A stretch of DNA of 64,000 nucleotides from an uncultured Acidobacteriota bacterium (GCA_963796275.1 CAWCKY010000003.1:1504001-1568000), one strand, 5' to 3'. Positions 10,839 to 21,790 are shown, counted from the first letter of the stretch. The notes: generated by a model not told the origin, from the sequence alone. Numbers and translations: made by a program.

Positions 10839-12116
10839 TTAAGCATAGATCCCTCGAACGCGTGTGATATAGCCGACGCGGTCGATAGCAAGCATATATG
10901 CGGCGATTCGGTTATTGACGCTATGGCTTTCGGCGTATTTGACGACATCGTTGAAACTGGCGACCATAATATCCTGCAACCGCTCGTTGACCATCTCCTC
11001 CTTCCAAAAATAGCCCATTCGGTCCTGAACCCATTCGAAGTAACTGCACGTCACTCCTCCGGCATTCGCTAAAATATCGGGGATTACAAATACCCCTTTC
11101 TGTTCGAGGATATCATCGGCGGCCGCTGTCGTCGGACCATTCGCCCCTTCAACCAATATCCGGCATTTTATTTTATTGGCATTATGACTCGTAATTTGAT
11201 TCTCGGTTGCGGCGGGCAAGAGAACTTCACAATCGATTTCGAGCAATTCATGATTGGAGATCGGCTCTGCCTTCGGATATTTCTCGAGACTCTTGAATTT
11301 GGCAAGATGCTGCATGGCGTCGGGAATATCGAGCCCCTTCGGGTTGTATATCCCGCCGTGGATGTCCGAGAGCGCGACGATCTTGTACCCGGTTTCATAC
11401 ATCAATCCCGCGGCCGTTCCGCCCACATTTCCAGATCCCTGAATAACGACTCGAGCCTCTGAAGTCGTAAATCCGAGCTTCTTGACCGCTTCGTTGGTGA
11501 CGAAAAGCAGGCCCCGGCCGGTCGCTTCGCGCCGACCGCGCGAGCCCGAAAGATCTATCGGTTTGCCCGTCACGATGGCCGTCACCGTATGGCGAGCGTG
11601 CATGGAATAGGTATCCATGATCCAGGCCATCGTTTGCTCATTGGTGTTCATGTCGGGCGCGGGCACGTCGCGCTCCGGACCGATGAAGTCGATCAGTTCG
11701 GCCGTGTAGCGGCGCGTCATTCTTTCAAGTTCGGACTGCGACATCTGTGATGGGTCGCAGATGATTCCGCCTTTGGCTCCGCCAAACGGAATATTGACGA
11801 CTGCGCATTTCCAGGTCATCCAGGCCGCCAGCGCGCGCACTTCATCGAGCGTCACATCGGGTGCGTAGCGGATGCCGCCTTTGGCCGGGCCGCGCGCGAA
11901 ATTATGCTGCACGCGGAAACCGGTGAATATTTCGATCCGGCCATCATCCATGAATACCGGAATGTAGATCGTTATCTCGCGATTGGGGACGCGTAAAACT
12001 TTATAGAGGTCAGGGTCGAGTTGAAGTAACCGAGCCGCGTGGTCGAAGCGCGACATCATCGATTCGAACGGATTATCTTCCTTGATTACCCTGATGTCAT
12101 CTACTAGTGCTGCCAC
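10839..12116 (-). CDS. gdhA: Glutamate dehydrogenase (Glu/Leu/Phe/Val dehydrogenase family)
   Basis: [55 protein letters not shown]. Confidence 0.93.
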   Translation of the reverse strand: MAALVDDIRVIKEDNPFESMMSRFDHAARLLQLDPDLYKVLRVPNREITIYIPVFMDDGRIEIFTGFRVQHNFARGPAKGGIRYAPDVTLDEVRALAAWMTWKCAVVNIPFGGAKGGIICDPSQMSQSELERMTRRYTAELIDFIGPERDVPAPDMNTNEQTMAWIMDTYSMHARHTVTAIVTGKPIDLSGSRGRREATGRGLLFVTNEAVKKLGFTTSEARVVIQGSGNVGGTAAGLMYETGYKIVALSDIHGGIYNPKGLDIPDAMQHLAKFKSLEKYPKAEPISNHELLEIDCEVLLPAATENQITSHNANKIKCRILVEGANGPTTAAADDILEQKGVFVIPDILANAGGVTCSYFEWVQDRMGYFWKEEMVNERLQDIMVASFNDVVKYAESHSVNNRIAAYMLAIDRVGYITRVRGIYA

Positions 12117-12274
12117 AATTAATTCTCCTTAGAAAATTTAGTCAGGATTTACCGGATTTATGATTTTCAGGAAGTAGAAATTTGGGATGAAACCTAAAAA
12201 ATCCTGTAATACCAGCTAAATTTTCTTCTCTTTCCATGGCGCCGCCAATAAAAGTGGCGACCACTCGATAGCCT

Positions 12275-12307
12275 AAAATAAAATTGGCGGGCATTTATAC
12301 CCGCCAT
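12275..12307 (-). terminator. Probable terminator after larE
   Basis: TGGCGGG/CCCGCCA stem followed by a T-rich tract on the minus strand, immediately after the larE stop. Confidence 0.55.
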
Positions 12308-13207
12308 TCATCTTCTCTCGCCGGGTTTCAATGACTCGTTGAGAGAACCAGTGCGATAGCCGTCGAGATCGAGCGCTACGAATTTGAATCCGAGCCGCTT
12401 GAAGGCTTGCGCAATTCGCTGCGTCATCTCGAGATCGAGCGCGCGCGGCATCTCTTCGGGAGCGATTTCGATCCGAGCCACATCGCCGTGATGGCGTACG
12501 CGTAGGAGATTGAAACCGAGTCCGCGCAAGGTCGCTTCGCCTTTTTCGATAACCGACAGCTTCTCTATCGTCACCGGCATCCCGTAAGGGATACGCGATG
12601 AGAGACAGGCGGAAGCTGGACGATCCCATACCGGTAAACCGGCTCTCTGCGCCAGGACGCGTATCTCAGTCTTGGTCAACTGGGCCTCTATCAATGGGCT
12701 GCGAACTTGCAACTCATTGGCGGCCTGTCTGCCGGGACGATAATCCCCCACATCGTCGGCATTGTTGCCATCGCAAACGAACGCGTATCCGCGCGCGCGC
12801 GCCAGCTCGCTCAATCGTGAAAACAGCTCGTGCTTGCAGAAGTAACAACGGTTGGACGGGTTGGACAGATAGTTCGGATCGTTGATTTCATCCGTCAGGA
12901 TGAATTCGTGGGGGATAGAGAACTGGCTGACGATTGCGAGCGCGTCCTGGCGTTGAAAGTCCGGATAACTCGGGCTTTCACCGGTGACCGCGAGGGCGCG
13001 GTCGCCGAGTTCAGCGGCGGCTAGATAGGCTAGATAGGCGCTGTCGACGCCGCCGGAGAAGGCCACGATGACAGATTCCATCTCTCTCAGGAGACGCCGC
13101 AACTCCCGCTCTTTTTCATCTTCTCTTATTTCTGCGCTGACTGCTTGTTTGATTTCCGGTATCACCGCGTCCGCACTCACTTCCAGCTTAATAACTTCAT
13201 CCTGCAT
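12308..13207 (-). CDS. larE: ATP-dependent sacrificial sulfur transferase LarE
   Basis: PP-loop AFSGGVDS, RCYFCK, DDVGDYRPG, ACLSSRIPYG, RVRHHG, DLDGYRTGSLN. Confidence 0.92.
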   Translation of the reverse strand: MQDEVIKLEVSADAVIPEIKQAVSAEIREDEKERELRRLLREMESVIVAFSGGVDSAYLAYLAAAELGDRALAVTGESPSYPDFQRQDALAIVSQFSIPHEFILTDEINDPNYLSNPSNRCYFCKHELFSRLSELARARGYAFVCDGNNADDVGDYRPGRQAANELQVRSPLIEAQLTKTEIRVLAQRAGLPVWDRPASACLSSRIPYGMPVTIEKLSVIEKGEATLRGLGFNLLRVRHHGDVARIEIAPEEMPRALDLEMTQRIAQAFKRLGFKFVALDLDGYRTGSLNESLKPGERR

Positions 13208-13257
13208 TGCGGTTCCAGCTTTCTTGTGAATCGGGGGCGTGGAATTCTATCTCATTT

Positions 13258-14292
13258 TTAAAAAACTGAATACCCCTTGATGCCCAGTGGCAGGCGAAAC
13301 ACACGCTGTGTGCTAACGACAATCATATTACCGGTCTCATCGAAGGCTAGCCCGACGAGCGTCGCCCCGGAGACGATGATCTCGGCATTCCGACCGTCAG
13401 GGGTAATGCGGACAATCCCACGGTGTCCGCGCAACGATGCGGCGACGTAAAGGTTGCCCTCGATGTCGAAGGCGAGCCCCTGCGGGCGGCCTAATCCGGT
13501 ATAGAAGCGCGTCGAATTGCCCATCGAATCGATGCGCAAGACGCTCTCGAAGGAAGAGACAGTAGGGCCGGTCAAATAGAGATCGCCATCAGGGGCGAAC
13601 GCGAGATGATAAGCCGCAATGCTCGGTTCGATCGAGGCGATCGGGCGCGACTCGCCGATCTCATTGATGCGAAAAATCGTTCCGCTGCGGTCGCCGACGT
13701 AGACCTCGCCGCGCTTATCGAAAGCCACGCCCGTTGCGATGCCCAGATCCGAAGCCACCGTCTGGATTTCCTTGAAAGGTGAAATCTTGTAGAGCGTCCC
13801 GTCATAACGGCTGGTGACATAGAGCGTTCCGTCGCGGTTGAACGCGAGCCCTGTCGGATTGACGATCTCCGTTATGAATGGCGAGACCGAACTATCGGGG
13901 CCGATTTTGTAAATCGAGACGGGGACCTTCTGCCCGCGAGCCCCCGAAAGTGTGACATAGATGCTTCCATCGTCTCGATCGATCGCGGGATTGGCGACCG
14001 GATGAAGGTTATCTGCTATCTTCGCGCCGAGTATGAAGGGCGCACTGAAACTGGCATTGGCTCCTTCGAGTTTCAACTCATCAGAGCTGACGCCGAGTTC
14101 GCAACTTGGGACGGCGGCAATCACTCGCTTCGAGGATGCGCTCACCAATCTTCCGGGTTGATCACCGAACATAACGCGGCAGGCCGAATAATCCGAGGTG
14201 TCATAGCCTTCGCAGGTAATTATGACCTCCCCGCCGTCGACCCCGGCGCGCGGGAGGGTCGACTTGATCATCCCGTTGTTTCTCGCTGCCAT
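13258..14292 (-). CDS. IPT/TIG-like domain plus NHL/SMP-30-type beta-propeller protein
   Basis: N-terminal Ig-like strand pattern, then repeated PTGLAFxxDGxLYV / PQGLAFDxEGNLYV blades. Confidence 0.75.
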   Translation of the reverse strand: MAARNNGMIKSTLPRAGVDGGEVIITCEGYDTSDYSACRVMFGDQPGRLVSASSKRVIAAVPSCELGVSSDELKLEGANASFSAPFILGAKIADNLHPVANPAIDRDDGSIYVTLSGARGQKVPVSIYKIGPDSSVSPFITEIVNPTGLAFNRDGTLYVTSRYDGTLYKISPFKEIQTVASDLGIATGVAFDKRGEVYVGDRSGTIFRINEIGESRPIASIEPSIAAYHLAFAPDGDLYLTGPTVSSFESVLRIDSMGNSTRFYTGLGRPQGLAFDIEGNLYVAASLRGHRGIVRITPDGRNAEIIVSGATLVGLAFDETGNMIVVSTQRVFRLPLGIKGYSVF

Positions 14293-14522
14293 GAATCTCT
14301 CCTTCTCAAATCACGATACGATTGAAGGAACATAAATCATACGCGAGCGGGCAATCGATGTCTAGAATCTCGATTTTTTCTCTGGCGGTTAGGTGCGGCG
14401 ATTCGACATTTCTCGTTTCACTTGCAAGTATTCTCGACGAAACGCAATCGCAGACGCCATCGAGAGGATATCCTCAATAGATTATCTATTCTGTGCATAT
14501 CTCTTTTGCGGTGAATTACTTA

Positions 14523-15488
14523 TCACTTACCCGGACGTTTTGCCGCCATCTCTTCTTCGCCTGACGCCGGCCTCTGATGGCATAAAGCGGCCGACCCGAG
14601 CAGGCCGCCCATCCCCATCGTCTCGACCGCCGAACTCGGGACGATCATCATCGCGCCTTTCTCCTTTAATCCTTCGTAAAGCATATTCATGGCGCGCAGA
14701 TGCAGCGCGGTCGGATTTTCTTGATAAGACTTGGCGGCCTCTTCGAAGAGTCGGGCGATCTCGACTTCAGCCTGACCCAGTATGATCCGAGCCTGCTTTT
14801 CGCGGGAGGCTTGAGCTTCGCGCGACATGGCATCTTGCAGCGCGTCGGGAATGACCACATCGCGCATCTCGACCGATTGCACGGTCACGCCCCAGGGCGT
14901 CGTTCGTTCGTCAATCAGTCGCTGTAGTTCGTCTTCGATGCGTTCACGCCCGCGCAGCAGATCGGTCAGCGGCGTCCTGCCGATGATATCGCGCAAGGCA
15001 GTCTGCGCCGCCCAGCTCACCGCCTGAGAATAATCTTGAACTTCAAGCGCCGCTTTTTCGACATCGTATACCATCCAGAAGAGCACTGCATCGACGTTAA
15101 CCGGTACCGTGTCTGCCGTCAGCGTCTGTTCGGCGGCGAAGTTGGTCGTAATTACGCGCTGATCGATATAGGATGAAACCGAATCGATCAGGGGCATCAC
15201 CCAGAAGAGCCCGGGGCCGCGCAACCCCATGTAACGCCCCAATCGCAGCACAACCGCGCGCTCCCATTGCTTCGCGACCCGCGGCGCAAGCGAAGCCAAC
15301 AGACCCAGCACCGTGCCCAGAATCACAAGGGTAGGACTGCTCAGGGCAAGGCCCGAAAGCAAGCCGATCAGAAACGGCAGAGCGAAGACGATCGCCGAGA
15401 CCACGTTCACATGCGCCCCTTGGGCCGATATCGCGGCATTTTCACTCGGTGATATCTTTTTAACTATATGCATAATCTCACCTGACAT
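14523..15488 (-). CDS. SPFH/band 7 (stomatin/slipin) membrane protein
   Basis: QWERAVVLRLG, TLTADTVPVNVDAV, AQTALRDIIG, AMSREAQASRE. Confidence 0.92.
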   Translation of the reverse strand: MSGEIMHIVKKISPSENAAISAQGAHVNVVSAIVFALPFLIGLLSGLALSSPTLVILGTVLGLLASLAPRVAKQWERAVVLRLGRYMGLRGPGLFWVMPLIDSVSSYIDQRVITTNFAAEQTLTADTVPVNVDAVLFWMVYDVEKAALEVQDYSQAVSWAAQTALRDIIGRTPLTDLLRGRERIEDELQRLIDERTTPWGVTVQSVEMRDVVIPDALQDAMSREAQASREKQARIILGQAEVEIARLFEEAAKSYQENPTALHLRAMNMLYEGLKEKGAMMIVPSSAVETMGMGGLLGSAALCHQRPASGEEEMAAKRPGK

Positions 15489-15894
15489 TTTGGTCTCCTT
15501 TACTGCGTCTGCTCTTGAGTTGATCGATCAACTCAGAGAGCGAGAAGCCGAGCTCGTGAGCCTCGGCCAAAATGCGATCCGCGAAGGCGCGCAATTCTCG
15601 TTCGCGGTCAATCCTGAGCGTGCGCATAGCAGACGCGTTTTGCCGCGCGCGCACAAATGTCCCAATGCCTCGCCGCGTCTCCAATACCCCCGCGCGCTCC
15701 AGCTCACCATAAACCCGGGCGACCGTATTGGCGTTGATCCTCAGATCGATGGCCAACTGGCGCACCGTCGGCAGTTGCTCGCCAATCCGCAGCCGCTCGG
15801 TGGCTATGGCAAACCGGATCGCGCGCTCGAGCTGCGCATAGAGCGGCGTCGGATCCCGCGCATTGATATAAAAACGATCTTCCATGTTCGTCAT
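15478..15894 (-). CDS. GntR-family regulator, YtrA subfamily
   Basis: PLYAQL, LPTVRQLAIDLRINANTVARVYGELE, RRGIGTFV; short C-terminal domain. Confidence 0.92.
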   Translation of the reverse strand: MTNMEDRFYINARDPTPLYAQLERAIRFAIATERLRIGEQLPTVRQLAIDLRINANTVARVYGELERAGVLETRRGIGTFVRARQNASAMRTLRIDRERELRAFADRILAEAHELGFSLSELIDQLKSRRSKGDQNVR

Positions 15895-15895
15895 A

Positions 15896-15917
15896 TTGTA
15901 CTACGACAATAGTACAA
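15896..15917. promoter_or_regulatory. YtrA-type GntR operator palindrome
   Basis: TTGTACTA-cgacaa-TAGTACAA, a perfect 8-bp inverted repeat immediately upstream of the GntR start, overlapping a TACAAT -10 on the minus strand. Confidence 0.8.
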
Positions 15918-16166
15918 GTCAGGTTTCGGGAAAGGGTGGGCGAAAGGAAAAAAATCTTTATTTAGTCCCGCGATTAATGGTGGTGGGGCGGCGAGCGACC
16001 GGTAACAACTGGACGAAGCTGCCGAGGATAAGGCTGGGAAAATTATTTTCGTTCTTTTTGCACTTTTTCCCCTTTTTTGCTTCTCTATGAAAGTAGCTGA
16101 CGTTTCAAATATCCCTACATCGGAACTTGTGGTTAAATATCCGGCTGAACACAGGAGCAGAAAGAC

Positions 16167-16658
16167 ATGACTGATCAAGAGCGGCCGCTGGTCGCGATCG
16201 TAATGGGCAGCAAAACGGACTGGGAGACGATGCGGCACGCCGCTGAGACTCTCGTACAGTTTGAGGTCTCGCACGAATGCCGGATTGTTTCGGCGCATCG
16301 CACGCCGGCGTTAATGGCACAGTTTGCGGCGGCGGCGGAATTGCGAGGCTTCGAGGTGGTCATTGCCGGAGCCGGCGGTGCGGCGCATCTGCCGGGTATG
16401 GTTGCCGCTCATACTCTGATACCGGTGCTCGGCGTTCCGGTGGAGAGCCAGGCGCTGAAGGGAATGGACTCCCTTCTCTCGATCGTCCAGATGCCGGGCG
16501 GAGTTCCGGTGGGAACGCTTGCCATCGGGAGAGCCGGGGCGGTCAATGCCGCCCTGCTCGCCATCGCGATACTTGCGAATTCAAGGCCCGAGTTGCGCGA
16601 AAAGCTACGGAAGTTTCGCGAAGATCAGACGGCCAAAATTCTTAACGATACCCTCTAA
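16167..16658 (+). CDS. purE: N5-carboxyaminoimidazole ribonucleotide mutase
   Basis: [39 protein letters not shown]. Confidence 0.97.
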   Translation: MTDQERPLVAIVMGSKTDWETMRHAAETLVQFEVSHECRIVSAHRTPALMAQFAAAAELRGFEVVIAGAGGAAHLPGMVAAHTLIPVLGVPVESQALKGMDSLLSIVQMPGGVPVGTLAIGRAGAVNAALLAIAILANSRPELREKLRKFREDQTAKILNDTL

Positions 16659-16673
16659 CGACTTGTAGGAATA

Positions 16674-17843
16674 GTGAAATTATCTCTACAACCCATTCTT
16701 CCCGGATCTGTCATCGGGGTGCTCGGCAGCGGGCAACTCGGCCGAATGTTCGCCATTGCCGCCCGCCGCATGGGTTATCGCGTCCATACGTTTTCTCCCG
16801 AGTCCGACACGCCGACCGGACAGATAGCCGATGTCGAGATCGGAGCCTCCTATGACGACCTCGACGCGGTTAGAAGCTTTGCCCGCGCCGTCAATGTAGT
16901 CACCTTCGAATTTGAAAACGTGCCGGCGGCCACCGCTCAGGCAGCGGCTGAATGCGCGCCGGTGCGCCCATCCGGCTCGGTCCTGCACACCACACAGAAC
17001 CGCATGCGGGAGAAGTCCTTCCTGGCCTCGCGTTCCTTCCCCGTCACGCCGTTCAGGGAGGTCAATTCAATCGATGACCTGAAAGCCGGTCTGGATCAAC
17101 TCGGGTATCCGGCAGTATTGAAAACTGCGGGTTTTGGATATGACGGCAAAGGACAGACGAAGATCGGCGCATTCAGCCAGGCGGCTGACTCACTGGTGGC
17201 GGCCGGCGGGCGGGAAATGATCCTGGAATCCTTTGTCGATTTCGACGCTGAACTTTCCGTCATTGCCGCCAGAGGGATCGACGGGTCTTTTGCACATTGG
17301 GGCGTTATCGAAAACGTTCATCATAACCATGTCCTCGATCTCTCGATCGCTCCGGCGAAGATTTCACCCGGAGTCCAGGCGAAAGCCACAGAGATTGCCC
17401 GCGCGGTGCTCGAGCAGCTCGATGTAACGGGGGTGCTCTGCGTCGAGTTCTTTCTGACAACGAAGGGCGACCTTCTGATCAACGAACTCGCGCCGCGCCC
17501 GCATAACTCCGGCCATCTCACTTTCGACGCGTGCGTGACCAGCCAATTCGAACAGCAACTGCGCGCCGTCTGCGGATTGCCACTCGGCTCCACCGAATTA
17601 TTGAGGCCGGCCGCGATGGCTAATCTGCTCGGCGACCTGTGGCTGAACGGTGAACCGAACTGGTTAGCCGCCGCCGCGTTTCCCGAAGTCAAGTTACATC
17701 TATACGGTAAGCTCGCACCGAAGCCCGGCCGCAAAATGGGCCACCTGACGGCGATGGCTGAGACGCCGGGTGATGCCGCAAATCTCGTGCGCGCGGCACG
17801 CCAGGCATTGGTTGTGGATAGAGAAGAATCAAACGGCAATTGA
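16674..17843 (+). CDS. purK: N5-CAIR synthetase
   Basis: LGSGQLGRM, TFEFENVP, GYDGKGQ, NELAPRPHNSGH, HLYGK...GRKMGH. Confidence 0.97.
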   Translation: MKLSLQPILPGSVIGVLGSGQLGRMFAIAARRMGYRVHTFSPESDTPTGQIADVEIGASYDDLDAVRSFARAVNVVTFEFENVPAATAQAAAECAPVRPSGSVLHTTQNRMREKSFLASRSFPVTPFREVNSIDDLKAGLDQLGYPAVLKTAGFGYDGKGQTKIGAFSQAADSLVAAGGREMILESFVDFDAELSVIAARGIDGSFAHWGVIENVHHNHVLDLSIAPAKISPGVQAKATEIARAVLEQLDVTGVLCVEFFLTTKGDLLINELAPRPHNSGHLTFDACVTSQFEQQLRAVCGLPLGSTELLRPAAMANLLGDLWLNGEPNWLAAAAFPEVKLHLYGKLAPKPGRKMGHLTAMAETPGDAANLVRAARQALVVDREESNGN

Positions 17844-18057
17844 TCGAGGCCCTGGCTCTTCTTTATTGGCTGTGAAAGTGTCAATATATTCCCGTTCAAC
17901 CCCGGTGAATCGGGCCGACCCACACTGTGCCATTTACTTTTGATTTCTTTTTATTCTGTGTTTATCATCGTTTTTATTTCTGCTAGATCAAACGGCATAT
18001 CAGGCTAGCATTCTAGTCAGCATCTTTGACTCAATTTGACTCATAAGAGGAGAGCGA

Positions 18058-19434
18058 ATGGCTATTGATGTTTTAATGCCTCAGATGGGGGAATCCATCG
18101 CTGAGGGTACGATCGTCAAGTGGTTGAAAAAAGTCGGTGAAACTGTGCAGCGGGATGAGCCGTTGCTCGAAATATCGACCGATAAGGTCGATGCTGAAAT
18201 ACCATCTCCGGGTGCGGGTGTTCTACGCGAGATCCTGGCGAAAGAAGGCGACACAATTGCGGTCAACGCCGTCATTGCACGGTTGAATGAACCGGGTGAA
18301 GTGAGCGCCGCGGGCGCGGCTCAGGCTGGGATAGCACAGCCGGCACCCGCACCGTCAGCTCCAAAACCAGCTCCCGCAGCAATGTCGGCCTCTTCGGGGC
18401 ATCCGCGTTCGCCGGCTGTTCATCAGGCGCCCGCGACTTCGGCTCCTGCGGTGGAGCCGAACGGCAAGCATATCCGTTCATCACCGCTGGTTCGCAATAT
18501 CGCACGCGAACATGAGATAGATATCGAAGAGGTTCCCGGGACGGGCCTCGGCGGGCGAGTGACCAAAGATGACATAATTAATTATATCGAGCAGCGCAAA
18601 ATGTCTCCCGCACCGGTTCCCGCTCCACCAACAGCTCCCCTGGCTCCGGGTGCTCCGGTTGCTCCGGCGCCACCGGCAGCCCCGCTTGCACCGACGCAAC
18701 CGGCGATCCCTTCTTACACGACGGGCGAGCGGATCACCATCGAGCAGATGAGCGTCATGCGGCGCAAGATTGCCGAGCACATGGTGTTGAGCCGTCGCAC
18801 TTCAGCGCACGTCACGACCTTCTTCGAGGTGGATTTCACCAACATTGCGAGGCTGCGTGAGGGCATCAAAAAGAGCTTCGAGGAGCGCAATGGGACAAAA
18901 CTTACATTTATGCCGTTCGTCATCAAGTCGGTGATCGATGCCCTGAAGGCATTCCCCGTAGTAAATGCCTCGGTAGACGGCGAGAATATTATTTACAAAC
19001 ACGATATCAACATCGGGATGGCTGTGGCGCTCGAATCAGGTTTGATCGTCCCGGTCATTAAGCAGGCCGATGCGCTGAGCCTCGTCGGCCTGGCGCGCGC
19101 CACGCAGGACCTGGCCGCGCGAGCGCGTAACAAACAGCTCAAACCCGATGAGGTATCCGGCGGGACTTTCTCGATCACTAACTTCGGCTTGTATGGCGGA
19201 TATACCGCGACGCCTATCATCAATCAACCCCAGGCAGCGATCCTGGGCCTCGGCGGCATCCACAAACGGCCGTGGGTCGTTGAAACACAGGATGGAGAGG
19301 CAATCGCAATCCGACACATAGGGGTTTTGAGTCTCTCCTTCGATCACCGTCTGATTGACGGCGCAGTCGCCGATCAGTTTATGGCGCACCTGAAGAAGAT
19401 GATCGAGACGACCGATTTTTCGTCATCGGTATAG
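18058..19434 (+). CDS. 2-oxoacid dehydrogenase E2 (dihydrolipoamide acyltransferase, SucB/DlaT-like)
   Basis: Lipoyl domain EISTDKVDAEIPSP, E3-binding GTGLGGRVTKDD, catalytic LSFDHRLIDGA. Confidence 0.93.
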   Translation: MAIDVLMPQMGESIAEGTIVKWLKKVGETVQRDEPLLEISTDKVDAEIPSPGAGVLREILAKEGDTIAVNAVIARLNEPGEVSAAGAAQAGIAQPAPAPSAPKPAPAAMSASSGHPRSPAVHQAPATSAPAVEPNGKHIRSSPLVRNIAREHEIDIEEVPGTGLGGRVTKDDIINYIEQRKMSPAPVPAPPTAPLAPGAPVAPAPPAAPLAPTQPAIPSYTTGERITIEQMSVMRRKIAEHMVLSRRTSAHVTTFFEVDFTNIARLREGIKKSFEERNGTKLTFMPFVIKSVIDALKAFPVVNASVDGENIIYKHDINIGMAVALESGLIVPVIKQADALSLVGLARATQDLAARARNKQLKPDEVSGGTFSITNFGLYGGYTATPIINQPQAAILGLGGIHKRPWVVETQDGEAIAIRHIGVLSLSFDHRLIDGAVADQFMAHLKKMIETTDFSSSV

Positions 19435-19451
19435 AAGAGAGCAGAGAAGGT

Positions 19452-19520
19452 GCAAAATCAGCACCGCGAGCGGCCGGCGCAAAGAATCTATCAGCTGCCG
19501 CTCGCGGTATTGATTTTTGC
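19452..19520. repeat. Intergenic inverted-repeat (REP/MITE-like) element
   Basis: GCAAAATCAGCACCGCGAGCGGC ... GCCGCTCGCGGTATTGATTTTTGC, an imperfect inverted repeat of about 23 bp. Confidence 0.7.
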
Positions 19521-19561
19521 GCCCACTACTTCAGCGAATCTCAAACGGCTATTCAAATTCG

Positions 19562-20224
19562 ATGCGAATCTGCGAGTCGCGCTATCTTGGTTTGATTCCT
19601 TATGCTGAAGCTCACGAACTTCAGCAGGAACTCGTAGAGAAGAGGAAACGGGACGAAATACCTGATCAGGTCCTGCTGCTCGAGCATCCTCACGTCATTA
19701 CGCTCGGGCGCGCGGCGAATGGAGCGAATGTCCTGGTCGACGAGCGGACGCGCGCGCATTTCGGAGTCGAGTTATTCGAAACCGGGCGGGGCGGCGATGT
19801 CACCTATCACGGACCTGGGCAGCTCGTCGGATACCCGATCATCAAACTCGCGCCGGATCGCTGCGATATTCGTCGCTACGTCCGTGATCTCGAAGAGGTC
19901 CTCATCCGGACTGCCGCAGATTTCGGGATCGCTGCGGAGCGGGTCGAGGGATTGACAGGCGTTTGGGTCGGTGATGAGAAGCTGGGAGCGATCGGTGTAC
20001 GAATTTCGCGCTGGGTGACGATGCATGGTTTCGCGTTCAACATCACGACCGACCTGAACTATTTTCAATTGATAGTGCCGTGCGGAATCCACAATCACGG
20101 CGTCACCTCGCTGCACAAACTTTTAGGCTCGCCTGTCGAAATGAGCGCAATCGAGGAGATAATCACGAATCATTTCGGGGAGGTTTTCGAGAGAGAGATG
20201 GTGCCGTTTGCCGGTAATCGGTAG
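19562..20224 (+). CDS. lipB: Octanoyltransferase LipB
   Basis: LLEHPHVITLG, RGGDVTYHGPGQLVGYPI, KLGAIG, HGFAFN, IVPCGI. ATG 19562 is preferred over TTG 19517. Confidence 0.95.
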   Translation: MRICESRYLGLIPYAEAHELQQELVEKRKRDEIPDQVLLLEHPHVITLGRAANGANVLVDERTRAHFGVELFETGRGGDVTYHGPGQLVGYPIIKLAPDRCDIRRYVRDLEEVLIRTAADFGIAAERVEGLTGVWVGDEKLGAIGVRISRWVTMHGFAFNITTDLNYFQLIVPCGIHNHGVTSLHKLLGSPVEMSAIEEIITNHFGEVFEREMVPFAGNR

Positions 20225-20269
20225 TCGGATGCTTTCTCCCGACAACCGGCAACCGATATCTAACTATTT

Positions 20270-21577
20270 ATGAAAAGATTTCGACTCAGCCTCACCACTC
20301 AAATATTCATCGGTCTGGCGCTCGGCGTGCTAGTCGGCTTTATCATCCATCATTTTTTCGACAACCAACCCGAAACGAAGGCTCAGGTCGTCGCATGGAT
20401 TCGCGTCATCAGCCGCATCTTCCTGAGTCTGATCAAAGTCATAATTGCTCCGCTCATCTTTTCAACGCTGGTGGTCGGAATTGCGGGTGCGGGGAATATC
20501 AGAGAGATCGGCCGGATCGGGCTGAAAGCGATCATCTATTTTGAAATCGTCACGACTCTCGCCCTCTTCATAGGGCTGGGCGCGGTCAACATCACCAAAC
20601 CGGGCGCCGGCGTCAACCTTCCGCCCGAGAAGACCGCCGAGGTGAAGGAGATTGAAACCAGGGCAGTCAGAGTCACTCCGCAGGATCACATAGTCAATAT
20701 ATTTCCCACGAGCATCATCCGGTCTATGGCCGAAAACGATGTGCTCCAGATCGTCATCTTCAGCCTTATTTTCGCGGCTGCCGTTGCTGCCGTGGGAGAG
20801 CGTGGGCGGCCAGTCATCAGCTTCGCCGAAGGTCTGGCGGAGGTGATGTTCAAATTCACGAATTACGTCATGCGGTTTGCGCCCTTCGGTGTAGGGGCAG
20901 CAATGGCAGTCACTGTCGGGATGAAGGGGCTGACCGTCCTCAAGAATCTCGCCTACCTCATTTTAACTTTTTACGGCGCAGTAGCGGTCTTCATCATCTT
21001 TGTGCTGGGCGCGGTCGCGCTCGTCATCCGCCTGCCCCTGGGTCGATTTATAAATCTGGTCAAGGAACCGGTGCTGCTCGCCTTCACCACTACATCGAGC
21101 GAGTCGGCCTTTCCCAAAGCGCTCGAGAATATGGAGCGTCTGGGCGTACCGCGCCGCATCGTGAGCTTCATCCTGCCGATGGGTTACAGCTTCAATCTTG
21201 ATGGTTCGACGCTCTACCTTTCGCTCGCCTCTGTTTTTGTCGCGCAGGCTTACAACATACACCTTTCACTGGGCCAGCAGTTATCGATGATGTTGATCCT
21301 CATGCTGACGACCAAGGGGATCGCCGCCGTACCCCGCGCCGCGCTGGTAGTGCTCTCGGGGACGCTCGTCGCTTTCGGCCTTCCGCTCGAGGGAGTCGTG
21401 ATCCTACTCGGCATCGACGAAATTATGGATATGGTGCGGACGGCGACCAACGTACTGGGCAATTGTCTGGCGACGGTTGCAGTCGCACGCTGGGAGGGCC
21501 AATTCAACGATAAAGGGAATGACGTCCCCGAGCCTATCGATACGGTCCTTTCACCTCAAGAACAATCGGTCTCATAG
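20270..21577 (+). CDS. Dicarboxylate/amino acid:cation symporter (GltP/DctA family)
   Basis: AFTTTSSESAFP, PMGYSFNLDGS, TKGIAAVPR, DMVRTATNVLGN. Confidence 0.92.
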   Translation: MKRFRLSLTTQIFIGLALGVLVGFIIHHFFDNQPETKAQVVAWIRVISRIFLSLIKVIIAPLIFSTLVVGIAGAGNIREIGRIGLKAIIYFEIVTTLALFIGLGAVNITKPGAGVNLPPEKTAEVKEIETRAVRVTPQDHIVNIFPTSIIRSMAENDVLQIVIFSLIFAAAVAAVGERGRPVISFAEGLAEVMFKFTNYVMRFAPFGVGAAMAVTVGMKGLTVLKNLAYLILTFYGAVAVFIIFVLGAVALVIRLPLGRFINLVKEPVLLAFTTTSSESAFPKALENMERLGVPRRIVSFILPMGYSFNLDGSTLYLSLASVFVAQAYNIHLSLGQQLSMMLILMLTTKGIAAVPRAALVVLSGTLVAFGLPLEGVVILLGIDEIMDMVRTATNVLGNCLATVAVARWEGQFNDKGNDVPEPIDTVLSPQEQSVS

Positions 21578-21599
21578 TCAAGTAGCTAAAATGATACTC

Positions 21600-21790
21600 C
21601 CCCTGCAGCCCCAAAAGGGCGCGCATATAATAGCCGGGTTTAAGGCTCCTGGAATTACCGAGGTGAAGAATCGAGTCCGGAAACGGCTCAAGATATTCGC
21701 CTCTATCGCGCCCTTTCTAGGCTGGCTGCCATTTGGTGGTCGTTTTCAGGGCGTCGCTTCGCTTTACCCCCGTCTATCATATCTTTATAC
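21600..21790. repeat. Degenerate REP-like element between the two symporter genes
   Basis: GCCCCAAAAGGGCGCG ... CGCGCCCTTTCTAGGC inverted arms and a GGGCGTCGCTTCGCT-type hairpin remnant. Confidence 0.4.

Noticed and set aside
16167-16658. LarB (PurE homolog) near larE
   Set aside because: It has canonical PurE motifs and is paired with purK.
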